From Hypanus sabinus (Eukaryota), in assembly GCF_030144855.1 (NCBI RefSeq), contig NC_082718.1, forward strand, positions 6,014,001 to 6,078,000: 64,000 nucleotides of DNA. The letters are read 5' to 3'. The translations under genes were made by a program, and so were the position numbers. The notes beneath the pieces were generated by a model, which was not told the DNA's origin, searched no databases, and worked only from the letters and a program-made list of their open reading frames with translations. Position 1 is the first letter of the stretch. Each line of letters begins with the position of its first letter. This document shows positions 1-14,379 of the stretch, piece by piece.

Positions 1-636
1 TCCTTAAGGGAAAATCTTGCCTGGCGAACTTGTTAGAATTCTTTGAGGAGGTTACATGTAGGATAGATCAAGGGGATGCAGTGGATGTTGTATATTTGGA
101 CTTTCAGAAGACCTTTGACAGGGTGCCACACATGAGGCTACCTAACAAGTTAAGAGCCCAGGGTATTACAGGAAAGTTACTGGTATGTTTAGAGCACTGG
201 CTGATTGGTAGGAAGCAGCAACTGGGAATAAAAGGATCCTTTTCTGGATGGCTGCCAGTTACTAGTGGTGTTCTGCAGGAGTCGGTGTTGGGACCACTTC
301 TTTTTATGCTGTATATAAGTGATTTAGACGATGGAATAGGTGGCTTTGTTGCCAAGTTTGCAGATGATACAAAGATTGGTAGAGGGGCAGGTAGTGTTGA
401 TAGGGTGCAGAAGGACTTAAGTTAGGAGAATGGGCAAGAAAGTGGCAAATGAAATACAATTTTAGAAAAGGCATGGTCATGCACTCTGGTAGAAGAAATA
501 AAATGTGCAGACTATTTTTTAAAAGGGGAAAAAAATCCAAAATTCTGAAATGCAAAGGGACTTGGGAGTCTTTGTGCAGAACACCCTAAAGGTTAACTTG
601 CAGGTAGAGTCAGTGGTGAGGTAGGCAAATGCAATG
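1..636 (+). mobile_element. CR1 LINE ORF2 (RT) fragment, interrupted by a Rex element
   Basis: YLDFQKTFDRVPH, SGVLQESVLGP, KFADDTK; resumes at 2474. Confidence 0.9.
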
Positions 637-2473
637 AATCAGAATCAGGTGTATTATCACCGGCATATGTCATGCAATTTGTTAACTTTGCAGCAACAGT
701 TGAATGCAATACATAAAATAAAAGATAAAAAATAATAATAAATGAATCAATTACAGTATATGTATATTGAATAGGTTAAAAATTGTGCAGAAACAGAATA
801 TATATTTAAAAAAGTGAGGTAGTGTTCATGGGTTCAATGTCCATTTAGGAATCAGATGGCAGAGGGGAAGAAGCTGTTCCTGAATCTCTGAGTGTGTGCC
901 TTCAGGCTTCTGTACCTCCTACCTGATGATAACAATGAGAAATGGGAAAGCCCTGGATGCTGGGGTTCTTAATAATGGATGCCGCTCCTTGAAGGTGTCC
1001 TAGGTACTTTGTGGGCTAGTAACCAAGATGGGGCCGACTAAATTTACGACCTTCTGCAGCTTCTTTCTGTCCAATGCAATAGTCCCCCCATACCAGATAG
1101 TGATGCAGCCTGTCAGAATGCTCTCCACAGTACATCTATAGAATTTTTTGAGTGTTTTTGTTGACATTCCAAATATCTTCAAACTCCTAATGTAGTTGCT
1201 CTCTTGCCTTCTTTATTACTGCATTGATATGTTGAGAGCAAGTTCAGTCCTCAGAGATCTTGACACCCAAGAACTTGAAAGTGCTCACTCTCTCCACTTC
1301 TGAGAGAGATGACTGGTATGCGCTCCTTCATCTTACCCTTCCTGAAGTCCACAATCAGCTCTTTTGTGTTACTGACATTGAGTACAAGGTTGTTGTTGCG
1401 ACATCACTCCACCAGTTGGCATATCTCACTCCTGTACGCCCTCTCATCACCATCTGAGATTCTACCAACAATGGTTGTATCACCAGCAAATTTATAAATG
1501 GTAGTTGAGCTATGCCTAGCCACACAGTCATGGGTATAGAGAGAGTAGAGCACTAGGCTAAGCACACACCCTTGAGGTGCACCAGTGTTTATCGTCAGCG
1601 AGGAGGAGAAAATTATCACCAATCCACACAGATTATGGTCTTCCAGTTAGGAAGTCGAGGATCCAAGTACAGAGGCCCAGGTTCTGTAACTTATCAATCA
1701 GGATTGTGGTGTTAAGTACTGAGCTATAGTCGATGAACAGCACCATGACATAGGTGTTTGTATTGTCCAGGTGGTCTCAGGCTGAGTGAAGAGCCATTGA
1801 GATTACGTCTGCTGTTGACCTCTTGTGGCGATAGGCAAATTGCAATGGGTCCAGGTCCTTGCTGAGGCAGGAGTTCAGTTTAGTCATGACCAAACTCTCA
1901 AAGCATTTCATCACTGTCGATGTAAGCGATAGTCATTAAGGCAGCTCACATTATTTTTCTAAGGTACTGGTATAATTTTTGTCTTTCTCAAGCAAGTTGG
2001 AACTCCTGCCCATAGCAGTGAGAGGTTGAAAATGTCTTTGAATACACCTGTCAGTTGATTGGTACAAGTTTTCAGAGCCTTACTAGGTACTCTGATGGGA
2101 CCTTCCGCCTTGCGAAGGTTCACCCTCTTTAAAGATAGCCTAATTCATGCTATTGGGCTTCGCTATGTAGGAAATAACATCTTGCAAACCCTGCCAAAAT
2201 TGTCATGCATCCAACATCACCTCCAACCTCATTCAAAATTGTCTCTTCGCCCTTGAAATAGCCCTCGTAAATCATACAGTTACCTGTTTTCTGGTATTTA
2301 CCTGGGGTTAACAGACTTGAATGCCATAGATCTAGCCTTCAACAGACGACGTACCTCCTGGTTCATCCACGGCTTTGGTTTGGGGAATGTACAGCAAATG
2401 TTTGTAGGCACACACTCATTCACACAGGTTTTAAAGAAGTCAGCAACAACTGCAGCATACTCATCTAGATTCT
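637..2473 (-). mobile_element. Rex1/Babar-type LINE, degenerate, nested in CR1
   Basis: GAPQGCVLS..YSLYTHDC..KFAGDTT; FYRCTVESILTGCITIWYG; (CTGATT)n-type tail; host CR1 text gcaatg|ttagcattc is split. Confidence 0.8.
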
Positions 2474-3110
2474 TTAGCATTCATTTCAAGAGGTCTAGAA
2501 TACAAGAGCAGGGATGTGATGCTGAGGCTTTATAAAGCATTGATGAGACCTCACCTTGAGTATTGTGAACAGTTTTGGGTTGCTCATCTAAGAAAAGATG
2601 TGCTGGCATTGGAGAGGGTTCAGAGGAGGTTCACAAGGATGATTCCGGGAATAAAAGGGTTATCATACGAGGATTTGATGGCTCTGGGTCTGTACTTGGT
2701 GCAATTTATAAGGATGGGGGTATCTCATTGAAACCTTTCAAATGAAGAAAGGCCTAGACAGAATTGATGTGGAAAGAATATTTCCATGGTGGGGGGGGGG
2801 GGGGGGAAGATTAGACAAGAGGACACAGCCTCAAGATAAAGAGCTGTCCATTTAAAACAGATGCAGAGAAATTTCTTTAGCCAGAGGGTGGTGAATTTGA
2901 GGAATTTGTTAACGCAGGCAGCTGTGAAGGCTAGGGGGTTGGGTGTATTTAAGGCAGAGCTTGATAGGTCCTTGATTGGTCACGGCATCAAAAGTTATGG
3001 GGAGAAGGCTGAGGAGTGCGACTGAGGAGAAAAAAGGATCAGCCATGATTGAAAGGTGGAGCAGACATGATGGGCCGAATGACCTAATTCTGGTATGTCT
3101 TATGGTCTAC
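2474..3110 (+). mobile_element. CR1 LINE 3' end (continuation of 1-636)
   Basis: LYKALMRPHLEYCEQFW, LERVQRRFTRMIPG and CR1 3'UTR. Confidence 0.88.
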
Positions 3111-4829
3111 ATTATTTCCACCACTTCCTCTCTCCATTAAAATCATCATCATTACTTACACATGATTATATAATTCCCAGTATCAAGAACTCTTATTGTT
3201 TAGTTATTCGTGGCAGGCCATATTGAAGGACAACGTGTAGAGCATCAATTGTTTTCTTTCCCTTACCTACACTGCTGATTTCCCCAAATTACTAAACAAA
3301 GCTGGAAATTTTTTTTGGAAAATGTGATTGCCTGTTAATGATTAGTTTGAATATTTATAGAAAGTAAAATTAGTAAAAAAAAAATGACAGGGTAGATGTG
3401 GGTAACATCATAGGTTGTCTGCTTGTGGCTGACATAATCAAGAAATGCTTCAGACAATAAGTTTCAAAGGCAATCTCAATGTTGGGAGTAAATATGGGGA
3501 GGGGAAGTTGAGGATAGGCAGGTTAAGATAATCACCTCCAAGCAAGAGGGGTGCCTCTTTGTATACTGGCATGATATCAGATGCTCAGTAGCAGGTTTAG
3601 CAAGCAAAAGCAGAGATTGATAGGTTCTACCATGTAGCCATATGTAGCAATGAAAGGTAAACCATTTGTCTTGCTTGTACTTGAAATGAAGCTGGCAGCC
3701 AGAGGTACATCAGGATGAAAGAGTATGATTTTGAAGTCATTAAGAATGAAAAGTCATCTACTGCAAAGGCAGTGGAAAAAAAAAAATTCAAACATTGTTA
3801 CTTTCTGCAAACTATTTACTTTAAAAAATTGAAAACTTGGAACTGCTAATTCAGGTCCTATTTGTGCATGATTGAGTTTAAGCACTTAGTTTTGAATAGT
3901 TACAGATAAAATAACTTTGAAAGTATCTATTACTTCATTGTAAACCAGCATGGGAGGAGAAACAGAGAAAAAAGTTGAACTAATAAAGCATTGATCTCAC
4001 AGAATTATTTACTCTGCAGCAATGGACTCAGAGAGCAGCTGAATGCAGAACATGGGTATGCAATTATATTATGAATATATACTTACAACAATATCATGCC
4101 TTTTGCTGAGATAGCGTTATTAAATCGACAAGTCATTTTTACTTAAGATCTTTCACTGAAACCAGCTGGAAACTGATATGGATATGAGAGTGGGAGGTGC
4201 TTGAACACTACTCCTGAATAAATTTGATCTTTATTTGTTAGAATAAAAGGAGCTTTAGTCAGCATATTAACAACTGTTGCGTCTGGTTAGTACAGCATGT
4301 GCTTCAATCACATTCCCTGAAACAGCTGCCTACTCGCTGATATTTTGACCTCATCCACCGTATGATTTTGGCTGTAAAGTGACCCATTTTTCCCCAGAAA
4401 TACTTTCCCGTTTTGGTACTAGAAGCATTTGATAGCAGCTTTCAATATTTCTGTATTAACAGAAGTATAATTACAAAGCTTTCCCAAGGTATTCTTTCTC
4501 TTCTTCCCTATTAGCATTCCCACCCCCCACCTTCTCAGTTCACATACATTTAATTAGTCTATTTTAACACTGCAAAATGCCAGTTTTGCATTCTCCATCA
4601 GCAATGTTCTTCAGTAAGGAAACTGATCAGTAAATGATTCGTTCAGTTGTTTTGTAATGGCCCCTACAGCCTCATTTAATGGATCATTAATACACTTGTC
4701 AGTGCTCTGTAACTTCAACTTAGTTTGTTAACTCATGGTAAATCAGAACAAATATGAATGGAACTTTTGGGGCAAAGGAGATTACTGTTACAAATATTTA
4801 AGAAATGTTTAACAACACACACCAGTTCT

Positions 4830-5379
4830 CGTGGAAAGGGTGAGCAATTTCAAGTTCCGAGGTGTCAACATCTCCAAGGATCTATCCTGGACCCAATTTA
4901 TCGATGCGGTAACAAAGAAGGTATGACAGCAGCTATATTTCATTAGAAGTTTGAGGCAATCTGATATGTCATCAAAGCCACTTGCAAATTTCTACAGATG
5001 TACCATTGGGAGCATTCAAACTGGCTGTATCACCCTGTGGTATGGGGGCGGGGAGAGATACTGCACAGGATTGAAAGAAGCTGCAGGAAGCTGTAAACTC
5101 AGTTAACTTCATCATGGGCACCGGCCTCCCCAGAATTGAGGAACGATGCCTCAAAGAAGGTGGTATTCATCAAAGACTCCCATCACCCACACATGCCCTC
5201 TTCTCATTGCTACCATCAGGAAGGAGGTGCAGGAACCTGAAGGCATACACTCAATGATTCAGGAACAGCTTCTTCCCCTCTGCTATCAGATATCTGACTG
5301 GACCCATGAACACTACCTCACTACTTATTTAAATATTATAATACAAATATTGTGTGTGTGTGAATACACACATATTTAT

Positions 5380-5419
<40 letters not shown>

Positions 5420-5525
5420 CGTGTGTGCGTGTGTGTGTGCGTGTGTGTGTGCATGTTGCAATGTACCATTGTTGCACAACAGCAAATTTCATGACATACG
5501 CTGGTGATACTAAATCTGATTCTAA
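4830..5525 (+). mobile_element. Rex1/Babar-type LINE 3' fragment containing a (GT/GC)n microsatellite at ~5351-5452
   Basis: Homologous to 637-1200; ends in TCTGATTCT. Confidence 0.7.
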
Positions 5526-6771
5526 ATATTATACCATCACATGGGTTACAATTCAAGAATATAACTTGTCCCAGATAAACACACCAACTCCTGGAATAAT
5601 CTCCCAAACAATTTCATTTGTAATCCAAGTGCATAAGATATTACACCCAATAACATTCCTTCTCTTAATTAAGTTTTCCATATAATTCAAGTTAACTTAG
5701 TTCTTGCGTTAGAATGGTTTGAATATAAAGCAACATGTAAATCCCATTTCCTCATGTCCTTTCCATGATGTATTCCCACTCAACATTTTTAAACACAAGC
5801 CTGAACATCCCAAAACACTTTACCACAAAAACAGAAAGAAACTACACACCACAAAGGAGCATAGTGGTTGCATTTCCACAGGATACTGGACAAAAAGTGC
5901 CCCACCTCAAAATTGATTATATTATCAACACTAGAGAAATGTACAAGTATTAAGTTAATTCTCATTTCTGAAATGCTAAATGCTAATCTGTCAGATGCAA
6001 TGACAGTTATGAAGAGTATAAACCTAAGAACATATTGCAAATTTTCTATTTTGTCCTTATTGTTACCAGAGTCCCACCACCTCAAAAAGCTTTATTTCAA
6101 ATTAAAGATTTGAAGACAAAGTTGGTCAATATCCCAAAAAAAATTAGAGACTTCTGAAAGAATAATAGTTTTCCAATTACCTCCAAAACACAACATTTTG
6201 CACATTTTAATTATTACTAGAAGTAACTGCACTTTTAGTTGCTTCAAGTCCAAGTACTGGAATTACAAAATAACATGGCCTTTTAATTTATCGTTCCTCC
6301 TTTGAAATACTTCAAAGACTGCATTAGTCTGAAACATTGGCTCTATTATTTCCTCTATTAAAAATACAAGTGCTGCTGCCAAGGGGACAGAACTAAGAAA
6401 GAATTACATAAGCTAGCTCAAGTCATAAAGCAAGCAATGGCATCTAAAATTGACTAATGAATAAGAAGCCGTGAGCACCTGCTCAAAATAAGGAACCAAA
6501 GCAAACCAGTGTAAAACAAGATGCTGTGTGATTTACAACTAAAATCCTGATTGGATAATGAGCTATTTCAAAGGGTTTTGGAAATGTGCTACAGGAGGAG
6601 AAAAAAGACTCCCATTCATATCCACCCTCCACAAAATTTTAATGTCCCAACATGCTTTATAGTAGCTTGTGTTTTCTGAACTATAGTCAACATTGTAAGG
6701 TAAGAAATCTTTAAATGGTTCTAGTAATTCCAACATCATTTTGTATAACACAGAATATCACTTCGGTTACA

Positions 6772-7940
6772 TAATGGATTTCAGCAAGGCTTTTAACAAG
6801 GTACCACATGCAAGGCTTATTGAGAAAGTAAGGAGGCATGGGATGCAAGGAGATATTGCTTTGAGGATCCAGAACTAGCTTGCTCACAGAAGGCAAAAAG
6901 TGGTTGTAGACGGGTCATATTCAGCATGGAAGTCGGTGACCAGTGGTGTGCCTCAGGGATCTGTTCTGGGACCGCTGCTCTTTGTGATTTTTATAAATGA
7001 CCAGGATGAGGAAGTGGAGGGATGAGTTAGTAAATATGCTGATGACATAAAGGTTGGGGGTGTTGTGGACAGTGTGGAGGGCTGTCAGAGGTTACAGTGG
7101 GACATTGATAAGATCCAAAACTGGGCTGAGAAGTGGCAGATGGAGTTCAACCCAGATAATTGTGAAGTGGTTCATTTTGGTTGGTCAAATATGATGGCAG
7201 AATATAGTATTAACGGTAAGACTCTTGGCAGTGTGGAGGATCAGAGGGATCTTGGGGTCCGAGTCCATAGGACACTCAAAGCTGCTGCACAGTTTGACTC
7301 AGGGGTTAAGACAGCATATAGTGCATTGGCCTTCATCAATCGTGGGATTGAGTTTAAGAGCTGAGAGGTAATGTTGCAGCTATATAGGAACCTAGTTGGA
7401 CCCCACTTGTAGTACTGTGCTCAATTCGAGTCGCCTCACTACAGGAAGGATGTGGAAACTACAGAAAAGGTGCAGAGGAAATCTACAAGGATGTTGCCTG
7501 GATTGGGGAGCATGCCTTAAGAGAATAGGTTAAGTGAACTTGGCCTTTTCTCCTTGGAGCGACAGAGGATGAGAGGTGACCTGATAGAGGTGTATAAGAT
7601 GATGAGAGGCTTGGATCGTGTTGATGGTCAAAGGCTTTCTCCAGTGCTGGAATGGATAGAACGAGGGGGCACAGCTTTAAAGTGCTTGGAAGTAGGAACA
7701 GAGGAGATGTCAGGGGTAAGTTTTTTACTCAGAGGGTGGTGAGTGCGTGGAATGGGCTGCCGGCAACGGTGGTGGAGGCAGATACGATAGGGTCTTGTAA
7801 GAGACTCCTGGACAGGTACATGGAAGTCAGAAAAATAGAGGGCTATGGGTAACCCTAGGTAATTTCTCAGGTAAGGACATATTCGGCACAGTTTTGTGGG
7901 CCGAAGGGCCTATATTGTGCTGTAGGTTTTCTATGTTTCT
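6772..7940 (+). mobile_element. CR1 LINE 5'-truncated copy
   Basis: RT C-terminal ORF pieces and TTCTATG tail; same subfamily as 14380-15780. Confidence 0.9.
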
Positions 7941-8974
7941 AATCCATCTGATGCTATATGAATATTGGTAAATTTTCCTTGCAAGTTAATGAAGAATCTA
8001 TAGATATTAGCTTTGATGAAAATGTAAACATCGTTAATTCTTTCTTTATTGTCCCTTATAAATGGGAGAAAAAAACATTATAACCAATCAGTACATGACA
8101 AATGGTATTTAGTGATACCAGTAAATTTTATGGCCATGTCTTCACTAATTTTAGAAAAATATTTTAAATAACTGGAGAAATTGGTTACTGCAAGCAAACA
8201 CCACAAGGAATTGCATATTATTAGCTTATTTGTAAGAGACCCATAAAGGCGATTTCTAAAGCAAATTTTGCTTTATCTGGCTTTACATAGTGGGTAGAAT
8301 GCACCGTTGTTCAATTAGCTAGTCCCATTACACAGGAATAATTCCAGATCGCTCAAATCTCAAAAGTGGTGTGCTGTTCTCTCACCTAGTCACCACAACA
8401 CTATTGCATAATTTCATTGTTTACGTAAAATGCTTATAAAAGGGATTCAAACTTATACAGGATGTTGGCAGAGAGAATAAACTGCTACCAGCATGTTAGT
8501 CAAAACTTACTATATGTCTTTAAAGAACAATCAAATTTGACCCATTCAGCAGCATTATTTTCCTTGAGTTGAGTTCAGTTTCTTTTTTGTTTTTCAAAAC
8601 AAGCATTTGTTTCTTCCTGCTTTTAATTTAAAGACATATAGTAAGTTTTGACTAAAATGTTAAGTATGTTTTGACTAAATTAAGTATGTTTGACTAAAGA
8701 GCAAACATACCTTTAATGATCCCAAGGAGCTTTTCCTGCACTATTCAGTACTGCTCTTTTTCATGTACTCCCATCACCCTGGCCTCAAAAGACTTGCATT
8801 CCAAATTTAAATTTTTTCAAAATCAGTTTAAATAGTTGATTGTGGTGAACTTCCTTAACACTGGAAGAGTTATCAGAAACACTTTATATCATACTGACTA
8901 CAGTTTACATGCCATTACTTCCAACCACTGAAAGTTTCAAAGCCATAACATGCACCTAGTCAGCTTCTCCACTG

Positions 8975-11033
8975 CTCTATATCTGAGTAATATTGTTTGA
9001 CTGAGCATGCTCCTTTGTTTCAATAATGCATTACAGGTTATATGTCTTGCATAATCATGCCATCAAGTCATAGGTGCATGCCTCACTAAAGTAAAAACAA
9101 AACTAAGAGTACACAAGTTTATTCCCGGTTCTGTGTTTTCCTTAGATGTAGCTGAGGTCTACCTGGAAGAATGGAACTAGAGTTCAAAGTGCTTCTCACC
9201 ATAAACACACACATAAACAGCTTATTTTTGGAGTAGCACCTGCACCTTCCTCTGGCAAAAAGCTATGGATCAGGTGCTGCAAGACTGCCAGTCACTTTTG
9301 TTACCTGGATGAGATCATTGCTACCAATAAGGATGGCAAGGAACATCTCCAAAATCTCAAGACAGTGTTAAAAAATTAGAACAAGTCCTGCAGAAGGGTT
9401 TCGGCCCGAAACGACTGTACTTTTTTCCCATAGATGCGGCCTGGCCTGCTGAGTTCCTCCAGCATTTTCTGTGTGTTGTTTAGAAGATTATGGGCTCAAA
9501 GCATGACACAACAAGCCTGAATTCTTTAAACCATGCATCGCTTACTGTATCACACCATTGATGCACAAGGATTACCACAAGTGAGTTGAGAAAAGTCAAG
9601 CAGTGGTGGATGCCCCAAGGCCAAAGGACATGTTACAGTTACGGTCCATTTTAGGATTTGTCAATTACTATAACAGGTTCTTGCCAAACCTGGCTTCTGT
9701 GCTCCACTCATTACTACAGATGGGGAAGAAATGGCAACGGACAAAGCAGTGTGAGGTAGCTTTCCACAAGACAAAGGAAATGGTGATGTACTCACTGCAC
9801 TCACACATTATGATCCACATTGTCCAGTGAAGCTTGCCTGTGACACCTCGCCTCATGGTATGGGTGCAGTCATGTCACTTGTCATGAGTGATGGAAGTGA
9901 ACACCCCCATAGCCTTTGCTTCATGCTCCCACACCACTGCAGAGAAAAATTACACAGATTGACAGAGAGGTCTAGCTTGGGGTATAAAATGTTTACTAGT
10001 ATCTGTATGGGAGAGAGGTCACCCTCATTACTGATCATCAACCACCCGTGTTCATTTTCAATCCAGAGAAGAGTGTTTCAATGACAACAGCAGCACAAAT
10101 TCAGAGGTGGGCTCTGTTTCTGGGAGGACACAATTATAAGATCAAATTTAAAAGGAGAACTATTCATGGAAAAACTGATGGATTGTTTTATTTATCCTTG
10201 GAAAAGGAAATATCTGAAAAATTTATAAAAGGGGACACTTCTCTTGCTGTATTCTCCCTATAATGGCAGAGATGATTCAAAGGGAAACAGAAAATATCCC
10301 ACAGCAGAAATTCCAGTTTTGCCATTTTCACTAGCACCAGGATGAATTTGCCTTTGACGGGAATTGTCTTACATGGGGATTGAGAGCTGTTGTACAATCC
10401 AAGCTGAGAGCTAAAGTGCTAGCGGAACTGCATGCTGGTCATCTAGGTGTGGTCAAAATGAAAGCATTGACTTGAAGCTTTGTCTGGTGGCTTGGGATAG
10501 ATCAGCAGATTGAGCAGCTAGCCATGCAAGGTTCAGATGTCAACACGTCCAGAAGAAAGTTACCCAGAACCACTGTCAAAACCACTTCCTGCAGTCCCAA
10601 AGTCAACTCCCACAAGCACCCTGGAGGAGGTCCCAGAACTTGAGACTGCTTCCACAGCCACAAGTCTCACCCTGTGACCCTTCACCCTCTTGTCAGTAAA
10701 GATGTTCCAACATAAGAGTAAGAAATCTTCCACAATGACTAACTATTTAGGACTGAATGGAGTTTATAACTAAGCAGGGGGAAGTGTTGTGTATTTAATA
10801 TTTCAGTAGTATTTGAGTGATATTATAAATATTGTTTTATTAAGTATTCTTTGTTTAAATAATTCATTACAGGTTATATGTAAAAGTACGTGAATGGCAT
10901 ACATCATCATGCCACCACATCATGTGTGTGCCCCTCACTAAAGTAAAAATGAAAATAAGAGTACACAAGTTAATTCCCAGCTCCATAAAAGTAATTGAAA
11001 GAAAATCATGTTTTGGAGTCACAAAACATAACA
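8975..11033 (+). mobile_element. Degenerate, internally deleted Gypsy LTR retrotransposon
   Basis: Direct repeats ~9000-9140 and 10785-11033 (TG..CA); PPT AAGCAGGGGGAAG at 10772; RT/RNaseH remnants (ILGFVNYYNRFLPNL, LACDTSPHGMGAV, IQRWALFL). Confidence 0.8.
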
Positions 11034-12989
11034 GTCTTCCAGTTTCTCAAGACTTCTAATTCCCCAACACACCATGCTCTGCATACCTTTTACCTCCTCC
11101 CCCTCAAATAAAGGATTGAATTTTGAGAAGGTGCAAAGCCCTTTGAACTTGCTCTTCTAGTCAGCAATTGTTTATCTGATTTGAAACCTCTTCTCCCAGA
11201 AACCTTTCATATCCTTGCTCATCAAAAAATTAACTTTATATTCAAAATATTCAAAGACTACTTTCACTGCTCTTTGAGGAACAGAATTCCAGAAAAGCAC
11301 AGCCCCCAGGAAAAATTGTGTCCCATCCATTTTAAGTGAGAAATTCCTTATTTTAAAATAGTGACCACAGGGTTTAGATTTTCCCACAAAAGAAAATATT
11401 TTTTCACGCCTAACTTATCAAGACTTCTCAGGGTCTTACAGTTCAATCAAGTCCTCAAACTCTAGCAGATAGAAAGCAAGCTTATGCAACCTCCGTAAGT
11501 GCCTAGAATTAGCTTGGTAATTGTTCTCTGAATTGCATCCAATATATTTAATTCTCCTTAAAGAAATCAATACTGTACACTGCACTCCAGACGTGTTCCC
11601 AATCTAGGTGATGCATATCTAACCAATTGTCTTCAATTCCTCTCATAATAACCACATTGTCAGCTTTCCTATTAACTTGCTACACCTGCATTACATCTCC
11701 GCTTCTGAGAATTGCACCTTCAATTAAGTAGTGTGTAAATTCTGTTTATCTCCTTCCTTCTCAAACAAAATTGTTACATTCGCTAGTGATCAATCTAATT
11801 GAACCTTTCCCAGTCAACAGCATTCTAGAAGATCAAAACTAATGCATCTCCCTTGTCTTTTATGATCTTAGGAAGAAGTGCATCTGGGCTCAGAGACTTG
11901 TCACTTCAGTCCTGAGAAGTTGTTTATCCTGCTTTGCGTGAAGCATTGGAACTGGTGGTCTCTATCCATGCAGGTTTATATTTTAACCAATACTAAGAAA
12001 ACATGGCACATTTTAATCATTTACTGTCTCGATCTTCAACTTGTAACAACCATTCCTTTTGCACTCACCACCGCTCTCCATTCATAACAATGTAAAACAT
12101 TTAAAGACTCTATATGCTCTTGTATCAACATTGTGCCCAGCCATCAGCTTGACAGACCTCCCTTACTAGAACAACACACACAAAATGCTGGTGGAACTCC
12201 TGCTGGAGTAATGAGGGTTAACTCTAGAGAGCAAACAGTATCAATGGAAATGAATAAACAGTTGACATTATAAGCCAAGACCCTTCATCAGTCCTGAAAC
12301 ATCCATTGATACTACCTGACCTCCACAGTTCCTCCAGCATTTTGTGCGTGTTGCTCTGTATTTCCAGCATCTTCAGGATTCCTTGCGTCCACCATTATCA
12401 GATCCACATTCTGAACCCATGGTGGCATGAGACCAGTCAATGTTACTCTTAAAAATACATCAAGATTAACAGAATAGTTCCAAGTACATAACATACATAC
12501 TTAGGTACTTTAATCACTGATACCTTCCAACAAGAACTGGGCCAGTCGCAGGTATCACTTATACTTTCTCAATTTATATATATAGATATAATGAATCTAT
12601 TGCCCACAAGAAAATAAACAACCGGCTTGTGGATGAAAAACATCCTTAAGTCGGTTATTATTACTTTACAAATTATCTTTATATTGGAATTTATAACAAT
12701 ACGTTTATAAATAACTTGATTATATATGGACCGCGCTAATGGATGGGGTTGTAGAGCCAGATTAAAGGCTTGTTAGGATGGGAATACTAGCTACAGACAT
12801 TTGTAATAGCCCAGGGTGTGCTATATTGACGGGGATGAACCATATAACATGAAAATCTAATAGACGAAAGCCACTAAGGGGATCCTAACTTTCTAAATGT
12901 GGGGTTCGCCTGCAAGTTGTGTATGATTTATGAGAATAGTTCTGCGGTTTGATCGGCAGGGCTGTGTTGGTGCACGATCCACCACTGAC

Positions 12990-13056
12990 CTGGTGAGCCG
13001 GCCTGCAGCCTCCCCGTTACCTTCACGAACTGATTGAGAAGAGTTGGTTCCGACAT
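12990..13056 (-). CDS. KLHDC10: KLHDC10 first coding exon (MSEPTLLNQFVKVTGRLQAGSP-G), divergent from ZC3HC1
   Basis: LNQFVKVTGR resembles human LNRFVQLSGR..PG; phase-1 donor GTCAGT; CpG island; head-to-head with ZC3HC1 as in human. No further exons recognised in the window. Confidence 0.72.
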
Positions 13057-13440
13057 TCCCGCCGAGTGGCCGCAGCCGCCAAGCGACCCGACACACGGGG
13101 CAAGCTTGGCGCCACGCCACACTGTTACTGCAGCCACCTAACAACCAGGCTAAACTACATGAACATAAATAAGCCAGCAGCTCACCGCCGACTAAAAAAG
13201 GCCGCAGCTTGACGACCAACTAGACCCCACATCCCGCTCTCCGCTCACAACAAACAGACGGTGATCACAGCCAATCATCACTCTACGCTCCAAAGCTCGA
13301 CCAATGGCCATCCGCTTTATTATGAGGTGAGCAAGTTTAGGCATTGCCAATCGAGCTCCAAGCTATCTCACTGTCGCCGTTAAAGGGATAGGCAATGCGA
13401 TCTGACACCGATATCGTCGTTCGGCTTTGTCCTTGAGTTC
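13057..13440 (-). promoter_or_regulatory. CpG-rich 5'UTR/promoter of KLHDC10 with three CCAAT (NF-Y-type) boxes
   Basis: CCAAT at 13271, 13301 and 13347 in consensus-like contexts; CpG-dense versus flanks. Confidence 0.6.
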
Positions 13441-13699
13441 AGGATGGGCGGTTGTCAGTCTTTCCAAAAGTGCACATGTTGTCAATTAAACATCAAACGT
13501 GGCTGGCATGAAAGGCACTGAGATTAACGTGCGATGGAGCAGTCAGCTTGATGGTAAAATTGCCTTTTTCATAAAGGGTTAAGTACACAGGTTCCTCACA
13601 AATCACCCATACAGACCCTCACGCCTCCCCACCTTTTAATAAAAATCACATTTGATCTCCCACAAAACCATTTCTTACTACGATTATAAAAGGTCTTTA

Positions 13700-14160
13700 T
13701 GAAACTGCACTCGTTGGATTGGATGTCGAGGCTTTGGAGAGGGTGCAGAAGAGGTTTACCAGGATGTTCCCTGGATTAGAGGGCATGTGACATACAAATT
13801 TGTATTCCCTGGAGTGGTGGAGGCCGAATGAAGATTTATAAGATTACGAGAAGCATAGATAGAGTCGACAGAGGGTATCTTTTTCCCTGGGTTGGAATGT
13901 CTAATACATGTATTTGAGGTGAGAGGGGGTAATTTTAAAGGAGAAGTAAGGGGCAAGGTTTTTTTTTTACACAAAGTGTGGTAGCTGCCTGGGGGGAGGT
14001 AGAGGCAGATTCTGTACATTAGGGACTTTTCAGAGAAGTTTAGATGGGCAGATGAATGTAGGATATGAACATTGTGTAAGCAGAAGAGATTAATATAGTT
14101 GGTCATTTGATTACTAATTTAATTGGTTCAACACAACATTGGGGCCTGTCCCTGTTCTAT
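13700..14160 (+). mobile_element. Old CR1 3' fragment
   Basis: LERVQKRFTRMFPG-like sequence and CR1 3'UTR. Confidence 0.65.
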
Positions 14161-14379
14161 GTAAAATTTGGTTTGCTTGGCTAAAAAGGATGTAGTTACT
14201 GTGGCGGGAGTGAGTTGAAGCTTTATCAGATGGGTGTCTGGGATGGCACATTGGTCACACAAAGTCAACTCAAAGAATGAGAAGTGACTTCATTGAAATA
14301 CGTAGCATGTTTCAGATGGCTCAGAATGACAGATATTCCCCCTCCTCCCACCCTGTTAAGAGTCCAGGTCTTTTGGATA

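Noticed and set aside
5146-5685. 179-aa ORF with CV repeats
   Set aside because: Rex 3' fragment plus a (GT)n microsatellite
1-12900. Further KLHDC10 exons
   Set aside because: No kelch or exon-2 peptide was recognised by eye; probably outside the window, though a short exon could have been missed
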